64,000 nucleotides of DNA from Anthoceros angustus (Eukaryota; Plantae; Anthocerotophyta): contig VJWM01000107.1 in NCBI GenBank assembly GCA_010909165.1, positions 1 to 64,000 on the forward strand. The letters run 5' to 3'. Position 1 is the first letter of the stretch. Each line of letters begins with the position of its first letter. Below the pieces are notes generated by a model. That model did no database searches. It saw only the letters and a list, made by a program, of their open reading frames with translations, and was not told where the DNA came from. This document shows, piece after piece, positions 1-13,499 of the stretch. A program made the translations under genes and the position numbers.

Positions 1-1076
1 CCCACGAGATACCGCCAGAGCCGGATCGCGGAGCGCAAGAGATCGCGAGAATTGTCTCGAGGTCCGCGGAAATGACCTTCTTCCGCGACCACGCCGGAGT
101 AACCGGGCGGGAGGGCGCTTCTCGTCAGAATCGCGAGGTCCGCATGGCTTACTCGCCCTACGCCGCCACCGCCTTACGCCAGACTGCCCCACGCCGCCTG
201 CCATGTGAATACCGCTATAACGGCTCGCAAGGTTACGGTCCCGACCCGACCGATGCCCGCCCTCCACTGTGGTCGCCCACGTGCCGCTTAGTCCGCCCCA
301 CGCCCAACTTCTAAGTTACTTTCCGCGATTTATCCCGCCTCGGGTCCCGGAGTGGGTCCGACTTATCCTGCTACTGGCGCCTACCATAGTAGGTCTCTCA
401 CTCCGAGTCCGAGTATACTCCGAGGCAGTCCGAGTGCTATCCATGCTTATTTCCCCTTTTCGGCCTCATTTTATCCTTCACTCCTATTTAAAAAAAAGCC
501 AAAACCCTACCTATTTTCTAACCCCCAAGGGAAGTCCGTAGGTCCACACTCCAAATGTTTCCCACCGTAGTAGTCTCGTCTCTTTACTCAGCTTCAATGG
601 CTGTGAGGGTGGCGCCTCACGACAGAGTCTCCGCCAAATTTACCAATCTTTCGCCAGACCCCATCCACTCGTCTGGGGTTGTTTCACCCATTCTTCTTCC
701 TTCTTCGATATCCTCGCTCTCCTAACAATATTTTACAGCCTAGCTCCAAGATTCTCGTAATTCTCCGGCATGCTCCTTTTCACCTTGCTCCTAGCCAAAA
801 ATCAAATTGCTCATTTTTGGGCTCCTTTTGGGTCAAGCTGGCTCCAAACTTTTATGCTGCCCATATACTCCCCACCTCAATTGCTTCACAGGCCCTCGCA
901 AACAATAGTGCACTGGCCTGAAGGTACTCTTAACCTTCCACTGGCATTACCTCGGCTCTTCCGGCACACCGCCCAAAGACCTTGAAAGGCAGACAGATCC
1001 ATTCTCAGAGCATCATACTACCATTGTAAGGTCCCATCCATCTTAGCCTAAGCTTCCCTGGAAAGTCTAGGTATCA

Positions 1077-4000
1077 ACAACTATGGCGCCCAATTATTAT
1101 TCGCCCTCAACAAAGGCCCCACCAATTAATGCCTGGCTTCAATGGCGCCCAATGCCCAACTATGGTGCCCAACGCCCGACAATGGCTGGTTATCCAATGG
1201 CGCCTAACGCCTACGATCGCTGGTCAAGCATATAATGGCGCCTAACGCCCGACAATGGTTGGCCATCCAATGGCGCCTAACGCCCTATGCTACAATGCTC
1301 GCCATGTATACAATGCGCCTAACGCCCGAGTTAAATAATGGTCGCCATCCACATCCACGGCGCCTAACGCCTTGGCCAATGGCTGGCTGAGTACAATGGT
1401 GCCTAATCACCGACAATGGTCTACGTACGTTTCAATGGCGCCCAACGCCCGGCCAATCACCGCCGCCCCCGCCACCCCTCCCGCCTCCTTCCCAATGGCG
1501 CCCAACGCCTTTACAATGGTTGGCTGCTTTACAATGGCGCCCAAGCCCGACACCTGCTGGGTTCGAGCAATGGCTGGCCCGACAATCACCGGCTCGCCTC
1601 ACCAATGGCCTCCCCGCTTTGCCACCCCTCCCTGCTACGCCCGCCACCCCTCCCGCCACCAAAACCCCTCCTCCATCCCCTTCCCAATGGCTTCCAACGC
1701 CCGACAATGGCTGTCTGGTGCCGAACGTCTGGCCATTAATGGTCGGCTCGGAGTAATGGGTCGGCTCCGACACCGCCCGCCAGCCCGCCAATGGCTCCCT
1801 CCGCACCGCCACCCCTCCTCCCGCCACCCACCCCCACCAAAAACTCTCCCTCCATCCCTTCCAATGGCGCCTTAACGCCTAACAATGGTTGGGCTAAGGT
1901 TACAATGGCGCCCAACCCCGACAATGGCCGGGCCTGGAGCAATGGCTGCCCGACACCGCTGGCCACCGCCAAAGCTGGCCCCGCCCGCCACCCCTCCACG
2001 CCACCACCTCCCCGCCCACTCCTCCCCACCAAAACTCTCCTCCATCCCCTTTCCTCTCCTAATGGCGCCTAATGCCCGGCTAATGGCTCGCTATACAATG
2101 GCGCCTGAACGCCTGAACGCCAATGGCTCGGCCCGACAATCGCGCATGGGTCAGGCCGCCAATGAGCTGGCTGCCCGCCTACCACCACCCCTCCCCGCCC
2201 GCCACCCCTCCCCGCCTACCAAAACTCTCCTCCATCCTCTTCCTAATGGCGCCCAACGCCCACAATGGTTGGCTGGAGTACAATGGTGCCCAACGCCCGA
2301 CTAATGGTTGGCCATACAATGGTGCCTACCAACGCCCACAATGGCTGCCCAACGCCTTATAATGGTCGGCCTGACCTTATAATCGCCGCCACCGAGACCG
2401 CCGCCAATGGCTCTCGCCGCCACACCCTTCTGCCCCGCCTCCTCTCCGCCACCCCTCCCCACCAAAAACTCTCCTCCATTCCTGCTCCTAATGGCGCCTA
2501 ACGTTGGTAACGACAATGGCAGCGTTCGGAGAATGGCAGTTCGATAATGGCAAAGTCCTGGCCAATGGTCGGCCCGGGACAATGGCATCGCCCGACAATG
2601 GCTAGCCATACAATGGCTCCTGCAATGCCCGAGCAATGGTCTTGCCCAATAATGGTGGCTCCGACAATCGCCGCCAGCCTACTTCAATGGCTTTCTGCCT
2701 CCCGCCTCCCCGCCCCCCCGCCTCCTCCTCCCCGCCTCCCTCCCTCAGCCTCCTTCGCCCGGCCACCCTCCCCCACCAAAACTCTCCTCCATCCCTCGCT
2801 CCCAATGGCGCCTTAACGCCTTGGCTAATGGCCATTTGCCATAAATGGCGCCTAACGCCCGACAATGGTCGGGTCATAAACAAATGGCGCCTAACGCCTT
2901 ACAATGGTCGGGCGCACGACACCGCTGCCGGGACAATCGCGGGCTAGCCCGCCAATGGCTCCCGCCTCCACCCCTCCCCGCCTCCTCCCATCCGCCACCC
3001 TTCCCACTTCCTCCCCGCCCGCCACCGCTCCCCCCCACCAAAAACTCTCTCTCCATCCCCCTTCCCATCCGGGGCCTCCCAACATTTGTAAACTAATAGA
3101 GGATATGGTTTATCTGCAATGATGAGATTATCAAGCGATCCTGTGAGGGTGGCTCCATAGCTGGAGACAAAAGGTTGGTAACTAGAAGGCAGGCTAGTTA
3201 GGAGTTGAGCAACAAAAGATCCAGCTCACTCATGGTGGACCCTAAAGAGATGAGTTGTGCACGGTTTTAGATTTTGGAATCGCCAAGGAAAGCCGCAGCA
3301 GCTTTCCTCGCCCCGCGATCCGGAGGGAGAAAAGTTCCCCTCGGACAGCACATAGAATGAGAATGTTCTTCACCTCGTTGGTGCCTAGTTAACTCCCAAC
3401 TATGGCGCCCAAATAATGCTCAACAATGGCGTCCAATGCCCAACTATGGCGCCCAATTATCGCCCAACAATGGCCCCCAATAAATGCCCAATAATGGCGC
3501 CCGATGCCCAACTATGGCGCCCAAAGCCCAACAATGGTCACATCCAACAGCCGCCCAACGCCTCACAATGCCGGCCATACACGAATATGCCTAACGCCCA
3601 TAACCGCCCGACAATGGCTGGCTCACATACAATGGCGCCTCAACGCCGACAATGGCTGGTCTGACAACCGGGCCGGCCAGCTTCTACCAAAGGCTCCCTC
3701 ACCGCCACCCTCCCGCCTCCTCCTCGCCTCACCCTCCCTCACCAAAACTCTCCTCCATCCCCTTCCCAATGGTGGTAATCTGGAAGACATCTATTAAATG
3801 GATGGCCCGGCAATGGTACTGCCTGACAATGGTCGTCTGCACAATGGCCCGGATAATGGTCGCCCGACAATGGCGGTCGGCCGACAATGACCGCCCGACA
3901 ATGGTCAAGTTGCCTCGACAATGGTCACCGCCCGACAATGGCTAGCTGGCCGCCAATGGGTCAAGCCTCGACAATGTATTGCCCGAACAAGAATGCCGCT

Positions 4001-5856
4001 GGGGGCTCGACAATGGCCGGCCCGGGACAATGGCCGGGCCCGACAATGGCTGGCTACAATGGCTCCTAACGCCCGACAATGGCCGGGTTTGGGCAGGCCT
4101 AATGGTGGCCCTTGACAATCGCTAGCTGCCTTGCCAATGGCTCCCGCGCCTCCTCCGCGCCTCCCGCCTCCTCCCGCCTCCTCCTCCCGCCTCCTCCCGC
4201 CTCCTCCTTGCTCGCCACCCTCCCCCACCAAAAATTCTCCTCCATCCCCTTCCTAATCGGCTTTCAACGCCCGACAATGGTCGGGCTACACAATGGCGCC
4301 TAACGCCTCGACAGTAACGCCCGACAATGGCTGGCACGGGATAATGGCGCCTAACGCCTCCCGACAATGGCGGCTATATACACAATGGCGCCTAACGCCT
4401 GACAATGGTCGTAGCCCGACAATGGCTGGCAAGCTATACAATGGCGCCTTTCAACGCCTGACAATGGTACGGGCCCGACAATGGCTCGCCATACAATGGC
4501 GCCCAACGCCCGACAATGGCTCAGGCCCGACAATGGCTCATACAATTTGCGCCCAACGCCTGACCACCGCCGCCAGCTCGCCAATGGCCTCAGGCCTCCG
4601 CCGCCACCCCTCCTTCTGCCTCCTCCCCGCCACCGCCCCCACCAAAACTCTCCTCCATCCCTCCTCAATGGCGCCTAACGCCCAACAATGTCTCAAACAT
4701 ACAATGGCACTTAACGCCCGACAATGGCTGGCATACAATGGCGCCCAACGCCTGGACAATGTCAACTGGCTCGACAATCAAGCAGCCGGCGAAGGCCCAA
4801 TGGCTCCCCGCCCGCCACCACCTCCTCGCCTCCCCGCCCGCCACCCCTCCCTACCAAAACTCTCCTCCATCCCCTTCCCAATGGCGCCCAACGCCCGACA
4901 ATGGCTGAGCCATCCATCGGCGCCCAACGCCCGACAATGGCCGGGCTATACAATGGCGCTCTTAACGGGCCTGACAATGGCTGGGGCCATACAATGGCGC
5001 CTAACTCCCGACAATCACTGCCAGCCACCGCCAATGCTAACCCCTCCCCGCCTCCTCCTCACCGCCCGCCACCCTCCCCGCCACACCAAAACTCTCCGCT
5101 CCATCCCCTTCCCAATGGCATCCAACCAGCCTCAATGGTTGGCTATACAATGGCGCCTAACGCTTCGAAGCAATGGCTGGCCATACATAGCGTTTCTAAC
5201 GCCCGACAATGGCTGGCTATACAATGGCGCCTTAACGCCCGACAATGGGCATAATGGCCGCGCGCCTAATCTCCTCGATAATGGCTGCCCGGCTCAATCA
5301 TCCACCAGCTCAAGTAATGGGCACGCCACCCCTCCCGCCTCCTCCCCGCCGCCACTCCTCCCCGCCACCAAAACTCTCCGCCCATCCCCTTCTCCCAATG
5401 GCGCCCAACGCCTCGACAATGGTTGGCTATACAATGGCGCTTAACGGCGCCAAACGCCTGATAATGGCCGGGTTTAACAATCGCATCACGCCTCGCCAAT
5501 GGCCTCACCGCCAATGGAATCGGTTGGTCTGGAGCATGGGTGGCCCGACAATCACTGGCCAGCCTCGCCAATGGCTCCCCGCCTCCTCCACCTCCTCCCT
5601 CGCTCACCCTCCCTACCAAAACTCTCCTCCATCCTCTCTTCATAATGGCGCCTCAACGCCGACAATGGTTGGCTACAATGGCGCCCTAACGCCCGGCTAC
5701 AATGGCTGGCCCGGAGCAATGGTCTTGCCTGACAATCGCCGGCCACCGCCAATGGCTCCTGGGGCCCGCCACCCCTCCCCCACCCGCCACCCTCCCCGCC
5801 TCCTCCCCTGCCGCCACTCCTCCCCCACCAAAATCCTCTCCATCCCCTTCCCAATG
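1077..5856. repeat. C-rich hierarchical tandem satellite (two arrays, interrupted at ~3080-3395)
   Basis: Dozens of 15-20 bp subunits anchored on CAATGG (CAATGGCGCCTAACGCCCGA / CAATGGCTGGCTATA). They are grouped into ~15 higher-order units, each closed by a pyrimidine tract and ACCAAAACTCTCCTCCATCCCCTT (near 1658, 1837, 2028, 2218, 2461, 2776, 3037, 3741, 4227, 4641, 4853, 5085, 5367, 5615, 5827). Confidence 0.93.
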
Positions 5857-6979
5857 GTGGAGGGGATTGGTTTCATTTGTACTAGTATTGGAGAAAGTGG
5901 AGCAAGCCTTTTGTATGAGAATTCTAAAATGCATGGAAAATTATGTGGGTACAAGCATCGTGGAAGACGCATAGTACAAGGTGAGGCTCAAGACGAGGAT
6001 AACATGAGTCAAGATGATGAGGATCGGATATCATAGGTGAGGATGATGAAGACAATGATAGCGTGAGCGATAATGACCAATGAGTTACATGGTAGAGTTG
6101 GAGTAATAGACTTGTTATGTGGAAAGGAGAAGGCAGGGAAGGGGAGATGACAGAGGGATAAGGAGTGGGGAGATGATAGAGGGATAAAGAGTGGAGAGGA
6201 TGGGAGGATAGATAGGTAATTGATAGGTTGAAAAAAATTTTTAAAGCTTTTCTTATAAGTATAAAAAGTATCCCAAGTCTTAAATATTTCACTTATTTAA
6301 TTATAATTATGGTGAGTACAAACGGACGTGGAAGACGCATAGTACAACGTGAGGCTTATTTTTTTCATACTAAATTCACTTACACTGTAATAATAGCCAT
6401 ACATCAAAAAAGATTCCATCTCTGTTTGATCTCAAGTCCTCTACAACTTTTAACATTGTAGTAGCCGCATACTAGCAAAGTGCACTGCGACATTGTGTAT
6501 TAATGACTTTATAAGTCATGATATAATTTATTCGATTGATGAATCCTCTAGAATACAATACTTGGAGGAAAAGTATTAAGTCACGATGAATGAAGTAGAG
6601 AGCTATATTAGGGCTATATGAGTACATAGTCTTCATAACATCATAGATGAATAACACTTATTTACGAACTACAGTCGACCAACAAGCATTACCAGTCGGC
6701 ATATAAATGACATTGAAAACTACATTAGAAAGCTAAACTATATCGGCTGATACTTAGTAGATGGTCTAGGATCTAAAAGTAAAGAGACAAGTTTTCACCT
6801 ATGAAGTATGTAATGTTCGTCCAATAGAGTTACTTTGGAGAAAAATAAATATGTAAAAAACTTTTATTAGAATTTTAACAATAAAATCACCCATGGGTAA
6901 ATCCTGGTTTCATAGGTGCAAACTACTTATATTATGTTATGGCTACTTCTTGGCCTCTGAAGACGAACGAGTACATCTT

Positions 6980-7858
6980 GTGTTGCTAGTATTTTATGAG
7001 CAAATTTAAATTCAGTTTGACTCTGGAGGCACTACAAATTGTGATGTGCAGCTGTTAGGGTGATGTGCTTCATCTCTCTCTGTTTTGCAAGACATTACAC
7101 CATATAGGGTGAAGCCCAAAAAGGCCATTATGTTCCAAACTCTTCTCATGATTTGACTCTTACATCCACCTCCGTTTGATGGGGCAAGATTGCTGAGATG
7201 GGACTGTCACATAATCCCAAATAACACACTTCCTTTCCAAAGAGATTTGTAAGGAAGCATACATAAGCAAATATAACATCATTAAATATAATATCATTAT
7301 GTCATGCATTTAAAGTAATAAATAGATTAATATACTTATGTTGAGTGAGAATTTTAGGAAATGAGATAAGATTCAATTTTTCCCGTTGGAGCATGTTCCA
7401 AATTGTGAGAAGGCATGTGCGTTACCTTTCTTGCAACATGCCCAGTGTTGCTAGTACTTTTTGAGCAAATTCCTTTGACTGTGGAGGTACTACAAATTGT
7501 TCATGTGCAGTTGTTAGGGTGGTGTGCTTCATGTTTCTCTGCTTTACAAGACGTTGCACGGATATGGGGTGAAGCCAAAACAGGCGATTCCGTTCCAAAC
7601 TCTTCTCATGATTTGTCTCTATCCGCCTCCGTTTGATGGGGCGAGATTGCGGAGATGAGACATAATCCCCAATATCACGCTTTCTTTTCAAAGAGATCTG
7701 TAAGGAACCATCCATGAACAAATATATAAAATAAAGTTAATATATTAGTACACTTATGTTGAGTGAGAATTGGAGGAAAGAAGATACAAGGCAAGAAGAG
7801 ATAAGATTCAAGTTTTACCCTAGGAGCATGTTCCAAATTGTGAGAAGGGGTGTGCATT
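6980..7858. repeat. Diverged ~460 bp tandem duplication (6980-7422 / 7445-7858)
   Basis: Colinear shared blocks GTGTTGCTAGTA..GAGCAAATT..CTACAAATTGT..TTCCAAACTCTTCTCATGATTTG..GAGCATGTTCCAAATTGTGAGAAGG occur in both copies. Confidence 0.8.
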
Positions 7859-8188
7859 ACTTTTCTTTTCTTGCACACTGCTTGTTGCTTTACTTCAAAG
7901 AGTCGTGTTTTTGACACCATCTTGATAGTGCAAGTCATCCGTACAACTAGCGTGATAGCCAAAGAATTGACATATGGCAGACAAAAAGCCCATGTCGAAT
8001 CGTCCTCTAAATTTTCTCGAATATATAACAAGGATGAATAGTAATTGATTCGCTCCCGACCACAATCACTGCTTATCAAATCAAAGAGTCGGATACGCAA
8101 TGGTGTACATGTTACACCAATCTCACACTTATCTTCCTTATCTTGGACAAGTTACATATATTGATCATCCATATAACCTATCGAGAAA

Positions 8189-8294
8189 ATGAGTAACTCA
8201 AGGGCCAAGGACAAGTAGATACTAGGCATCACTAGCTTTATATGAGTAACTCAAGGGCCAAGGACAAGTAGATACTAGGCATCACTAGCTTTAT
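8189..8294. repeat. 2 x 53 bp perfect tandem repeat
   Basis: ATGAGTAACTCAAGGGCCAAGGACAAGTAGATACTAGGCATCACTAGCTTTAT twice in succession. Confidence 0.9.
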
Positions 8295-8410
8295 AGTAGA
8301 GACAACAACGTACTCATAAATGCACAAGTGAGCACTAGACAAGATCGTTAAAGTGTAGCCCCGAAGACCTTTATAGAGAGGAGCACACCGTACTAATTAG
8401 GAACCTAACC

Positions 8411-8614
8411 CAGAATAGTATTCTATGTAAAATGATACTATGTGACTACACCACTAATTTTCAGAATAGTATTCTATGTAAAATGATACTATGTGACTAC
8501 ACCACGAGTTTTCAGAATAGTATTCTATGTAAAATGATACTATGTGACTACACCACTAATTTTCCGAATAGTATTCTATGTAAAATGATATTATGTGACA
8601 ACACCACTCATTTT
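8411..8614. repeat. 4 x ~51 bp minisatellite
   Basis: CAGAATAGTATTCTATGTAAAATGATACTATGTGACTACACCACTAATTTT repeated four times with few substitutions. Confidence 0.92.
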
Positions 8615-9139
8615 AAATAATACATTATTCTATTAGGTTTTACTATTTGTAATACTTTTCAAAGGCCTTTCTTCATATATATAAGGGAGCACACTATACT
8701 CATTAGGAACCTAACCCAGAATAGAACTCTACAGAAATAGTACTACCACTAATTCTATAATAATATTTTATGCAAATGATACTATGTGACTACACCACTC
8801 ATTTTAAAGAATACTTATTCTAATAGTTTTACTATTTGGTAATACTTTCCAATTTAATTCTCCTTCCTTATTTCTCTTTTCACATATGTATGTACTATAA
8901 TTGGCTATCGAATTAGACCATCTAGAATCTGTATGTATATTCAAGCTTTTTAGCATAGTATGTATCAATTCTTTTCTACGTAGTGTAAAGTCCAATTTCC
9001 ACGCCAAGACACGTGGTTGAGTAAGGAAGAAAGATAAGCGGGGTGCCTCCAAGATGTAGCTCACCCGATACAGTAACGATTCTAGGTTATCATAGACTGT
9101 CACAACATTTTTACCAGTCGGCAATTGGATATCGCTAAA

Positions 9140-10225
9140 TATGTTCCTACTCTTTGATGAAAAATAAACCTACAAATCAGCTTTTCTCAAGATAAGGAGC
9201 CTCAATGAGATGGCATTCCGAAAGATGAGTACTTACCTCGTAGGTGAAGCGTTGATGTGCTATAGGGAGGTAAAGGAAGAAATCCAGGAGGAGGCAAAGG
9301 ATTATGCCCACCGAGCACACATGAGGCAAGAATGAAGTCAGGTGGATGTAGAGAAAATCTACATAGGAGACTACTGGACGAAGAAGTGATGCCAATAGAC
9401 TATCTGGTAAACTTGGTTTTTGGGAAATTCAAGGAGATGTTTCCCAGTTCTTCTTCAAAGAAAAGTCAGGAATTGTCTCATTTTTCCTTCAAGTCTGGTG
9501 AGCCGTTGAGAGCTGCATATATGAGGCTGAGATAGTTGGTAGCTGATATTGATGTGAAGACCATGAGGGAAGCTACTGAAATTTTCATTGCAGCAATGAA
9601 TTCTAGACAGTGTAGAAAAGATGCTGACGTTGTGCATATGTTTCATGGAGAAGCAAAGGAGTCCTTATGATGCGTAAAATCGAAAACAAAAGGGCGGAGA
9701 CCAAGGTGCGCCATGAGCCATTTGGTGAAGGAGGCGTCCTCAAGTATGACTATGTGCTATGAAGAAGCACCCAAGGAAGACTCAAACTCTTAAGAAGAGT
9801 TATATGCCTTGGTAGCTAGGAGGCCGTTAAAGACCGGGCTGCCCCGATCTCGGCTGTAGGGATCATCAAGGTGGCGAATCACGTGACCAGCCAAGAATGC
9901 CAAAGTCATTCTGGGACAATTTGGATGGTGAGGGCACAAGCACCCGACACTGGAAAGCAACACAGAGGCACTGAGGTTGTTACATTCCCGACCAGAACAA
10001 CCCTCGGCCCAACAAGTGATGTAGGCGTGGATCCGTGCCAAGACTTGTGGTGGTGATTCTGTAGGTGGAATGCTCAGTTTAGGTGGGGATCACTTGAAAC
10101 TAGGTGCTAGCAGATTAACGGAGTGGTATGGCCAACGCAACTCGAGACATCACCTTTGATGGCTTCGCTCCGAAAAAGGTGCTTATGGACATTGGAGCAG
10201 ATCCAAATTGCTTGGGAGCACAAGT
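9140..10225 (+). pseudogene. Ty3/gypsy gag and protease N-terminal remnant (duplicate copy 1)
   Basis: Gag-like FRKMSTYLVGEALMCY segment; retropepsin motif KVLMDIGADP at ~10177-10206. Confidence 0.7.
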
Positions 10226-10599
10226 AACATGATAATGAAGGGTTAATATGAACCCCTTCCACACTTTCAAAACCCTTCACAAAAGACACTGCTCCTTAAA
10301 ATGCGCAATATGCTTAATCCAAATCCGCCAACAAAACCGTTGTATTTTGCCTCGGAAAATTAAGATTCAACAATCCATGAAACAAAAAGGGCTTTGTTGG
10401 CGCCGGCTGGTCGACGCCAGCCCGGAAACTTCCTTGCCCACGGCTATGGTTTGAAACAAGTAATGAAAGGAAATCATAATCTACAGCTTTAAAAACCTCT
10501 TACATCCCTCCAAAATAGTCTTCCCAGCCACAAAGATCCTCAAAGCGGACTAATCGAGACTCATACCGTGTTTGGGTGGCTTCAATCTAAAACAATCAC

Positions 10600-11000
10600 A
10601 AAGTTGCATGCGTTCTCCAATTCTACTTACGCTCGGTTACGCTGCCAGTAGCCTTCGCTTCATCATCTTCTTCGTTGTCTCCTTCCTCCTTGTCGCCACC
10701 ACTCCCAGATTGCCATTCAGTATCCAGGGTTTGTTGTCCTTCCTTAGCAAGTCCTCTGTTTGCGTTTTCATCCTCCTTGCACTAAGTGGAACAACCTGAG
10801 CCTTCAAACAATTTTTTTCACCGATACAAACTTCTTTAGCCCAGAACTGTGCTGCTCCTCTCAGGTGGGCATCGAATGTGAGCTCCTCTTTCCAGTCTGG
10901 CAAAACCTCAAAACCATGGATGCGTTGTGGGATATAACCAGCACAGCGGAGGTCAGCTTCTATGGCAATAGAATTGCGTCCAGAAAACAATGCTGCCAAT
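10600..11000 (-). pseudogene. C-terminal part of the element A methyltransferase (also duplicated at ~13100-13496)
   Basis: LAALFSGRNSIAIEADLRC...EELTFDAH...AKEVCIGEK is paralogous to element B's FLAATMRRNCIAIEGDLRC...AKEVCIEK. It joins in frame to GSGTTT at 29088. Confidence 0.8.
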
Positions 11001-11713
11001 AACACGATATCTTGTGAAGGGGGTGAATATCCGAACCCCCTTCTGTGATATGAAAACCCCCTTAGCACAATTCACACCGTCCCGAAATACGCGTTTTGGC
11101 TCTTTTTAAAAAAAGGTCGACCTTGTTCCAACGAGTAGGTATTGAGAAAAACTGTTATCGCGAACAAAGACATGAAAACGGTGCGAGGGCGCCGGCCGGC
11201 CGGCGCCTTTTCATTGATTCTTTGGAACATCCAAGAAGACATCAATTGCCTCATATATAAGGGAGCACACTATACTCATTAGGAACCTAACCCAGAATAG
11301 AACTCTACAGAAATAGTACTACCACTAATTCTATAATAATATTTTATGCAAATGATACTATGTGACTACACCACTCATTTTAAAGAATACTTTATTCTAA
11401 TAGTTTTTACTATTTGTAATACTTTCCAATTTAATTCTCCTTCCTTATTTCTCTTTTCACATATGTATGTACTATAATTGGCTATCGAATTAGACCATCT
11501 AGAATCTGTATGTATATTCAAGCTTTTTAGCATAGTATGTATCAATTCTTTTCTCGTGAGTGTAAAGTCCACCCACCCGCCTAAGACATGGTTGAGTAAG
11601 GAAGCATAAGCGGGGTGCCTCCAAGATGCCTTCTCGAGCAGTAGTGGCACGATTCTAGGTTATCATAGACTGTCACAACATTTTTACCAGTCGGCAATTG
11701 GATATCGCTAAAT

Positions 11714-12789
11714 ATGTTCCTACTCTTTGATGAAAAACAACCTACAAATCGAGCTTTTCTCGAAGATAAGGAGCAGTTCTCGGCTGAGATGGCATTCCGA
11801 AAGATGAGTACTTACCTCGTAGGTGAAGCGTTGATGTGCTATAGGGAGGTAAAGGAAGAAATCCAGGAGGAGGCAAAGGATTATGCCCACCGAGCACACA
11901 TGAGGCAAAGAATGAAGTCGTCGGTGGATGTAGAGAAAATCTACATAGGAGACTACGGACGAAGAAGTGATGCCAATAGACTATCTGGTAAACTTGGTTT
12001 TTGGGAAATTCAAGGAGATGTTTCCCAGTTCTTCTTCAAAGAAAAGTCAGGAATTGTCTCATTTTTCCTTCAAGTCCGGAAATCGTATATATGAGGCTGA
12101 GATAGTTGGTAGCTGATATTGATGTGAAGACCATGAGGGAAGCTACTGAAATTTTCATTACGAATGAATTCTGATTGTAGAAAAGATCCGACGTGCATAT
12201 GTTTCATGGAGAAGCAAAGGAGTCTGCTAAGGATGCAGAAAAATCGAAAACAAAGGGCAGACCTACAAGGCAGGCGCTCATGAGCCATTTGCAGAAGGAG
12301 CTGTCTCGAAGCATGACTATGTGCTATGAAGAAGCACCCAAGGAAGACTCAAACTCTTAAGAAGAGTTATATGCCTTGGTAGCTAGGAGGCCAGTTGAGA
12401 CGTGCAAGAATGCCACAGCCGATCTCGATGTAGGGATCACTGGGAAGGTGGCAGAACCGCGTGACCAGCCAAGAATGCCAAAGTCATTCAGACAGCTGGA
12501 TGGTGAGGGCACGGACACGGAAAGCGATCACAGTGCATGAGTTGTTACCTTAAAGAACAACTCCTCAAAACCAAGTGATGTAGGCGTGGATCCGTGCCAA
12601 GACTTGTGGTGGTGATTCTGTAGGTGGAATGCTCAGCTTAGGTGGGGATCACTTGAAACTAGGTGCTAAAGGACAACGCGGAGTGGCCATGGTGGCCAAC
12701 GCAACTCGAGACATCACCTTTGATGGCTTCGCTCCGAAAAAGGTGCTTATGGACATTGGAGCAGATCCAGTCCTGTTGGGAGCACAAGT
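11714..12789 (+). pseudogene. Ty3/gypsy gag and protease N-terminal remnant (copy 2), interrupted by element A
   Basis: ORF 11714-12094 carries the gag-like RKMSTYLVGEALMCYREVKEE. KVLMDIGADPVLLGAQ ends at the AAGT TSD (12786-12789). Confidence 0.75.
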
Positions 12790-13499
12790 AACATGATAAT
12801 CCTGGAAGGGGGTTAATATATGAACCCCCTTCCACACTTTCAAAACCCCCTTCACAAAAGACACTGTTAAATTAATATGGCGAATCCAACAGACATGCTA
12901 AAAACCATTTACCTCGGAAAATTAAGATTCAACAATCCATGAAACAAAAGGGCTTTGTTGGCGTGGCGCCTTGACTCCTTGCCACCGGCTATGGTTTGAA
13001 ACAAGTAATGAAAGAAATCATAATCTCACGCTTTAAAAACCTCTTCGTCCCTCCAAAATAGTCTTCCACAGCATAAAGATCCTCAAAGGACCATCGGACT
13101 CATAACGTGCTTGGGTGGCTGAATCTAAAACAAGCTGCCGGGTTGCGCATTGCTCCAATTCTACTCACGAAGCCGCCGCGAGCCTTCATCATCTCTTCGT
13201 CTCCTTCCTCCTTGTCGCCACCACTCCCAGGATTGCCATTCAAGATCGGGGTTTGTTGTCCTTCCTTAGCAAGTCCTGTTTTGCGTTTTCATCCTCCTTA
13301 CACTAAGTGGAACAACTTTGAGCCTTCAAACAATTTTTTCACCGACATAAACTTCTTAGCCGTGCCTGCTCCTCCGGTGGGCATCGAATGAGCTCCTCTT
13401 TCGACTGCAAAACCTCAAAACCATGGATGCGTTGTGGGATATAACGCACTGAGGTCGCCTTCTATGGCAATAGAATGGCCCGGAAAACAATGCAATAAC

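Noticed and set aside
1-575. CACTA right end (GTAGTAGTC with TCCGAG repeats)
   Set aside because: The terminal base does not match TAGTG, and no partner end or TSD is visible in the window.
1077-5856. CRISPR array, or long Pro-rich ORFs (e.g. 4293-5444)
   Set aside because: The inter-repeat sequences are themselves repeats rather than unique spacers, there are no cas genes, and the context is eukaryotic. The ORFs are by-products of a stop-poor satellite.
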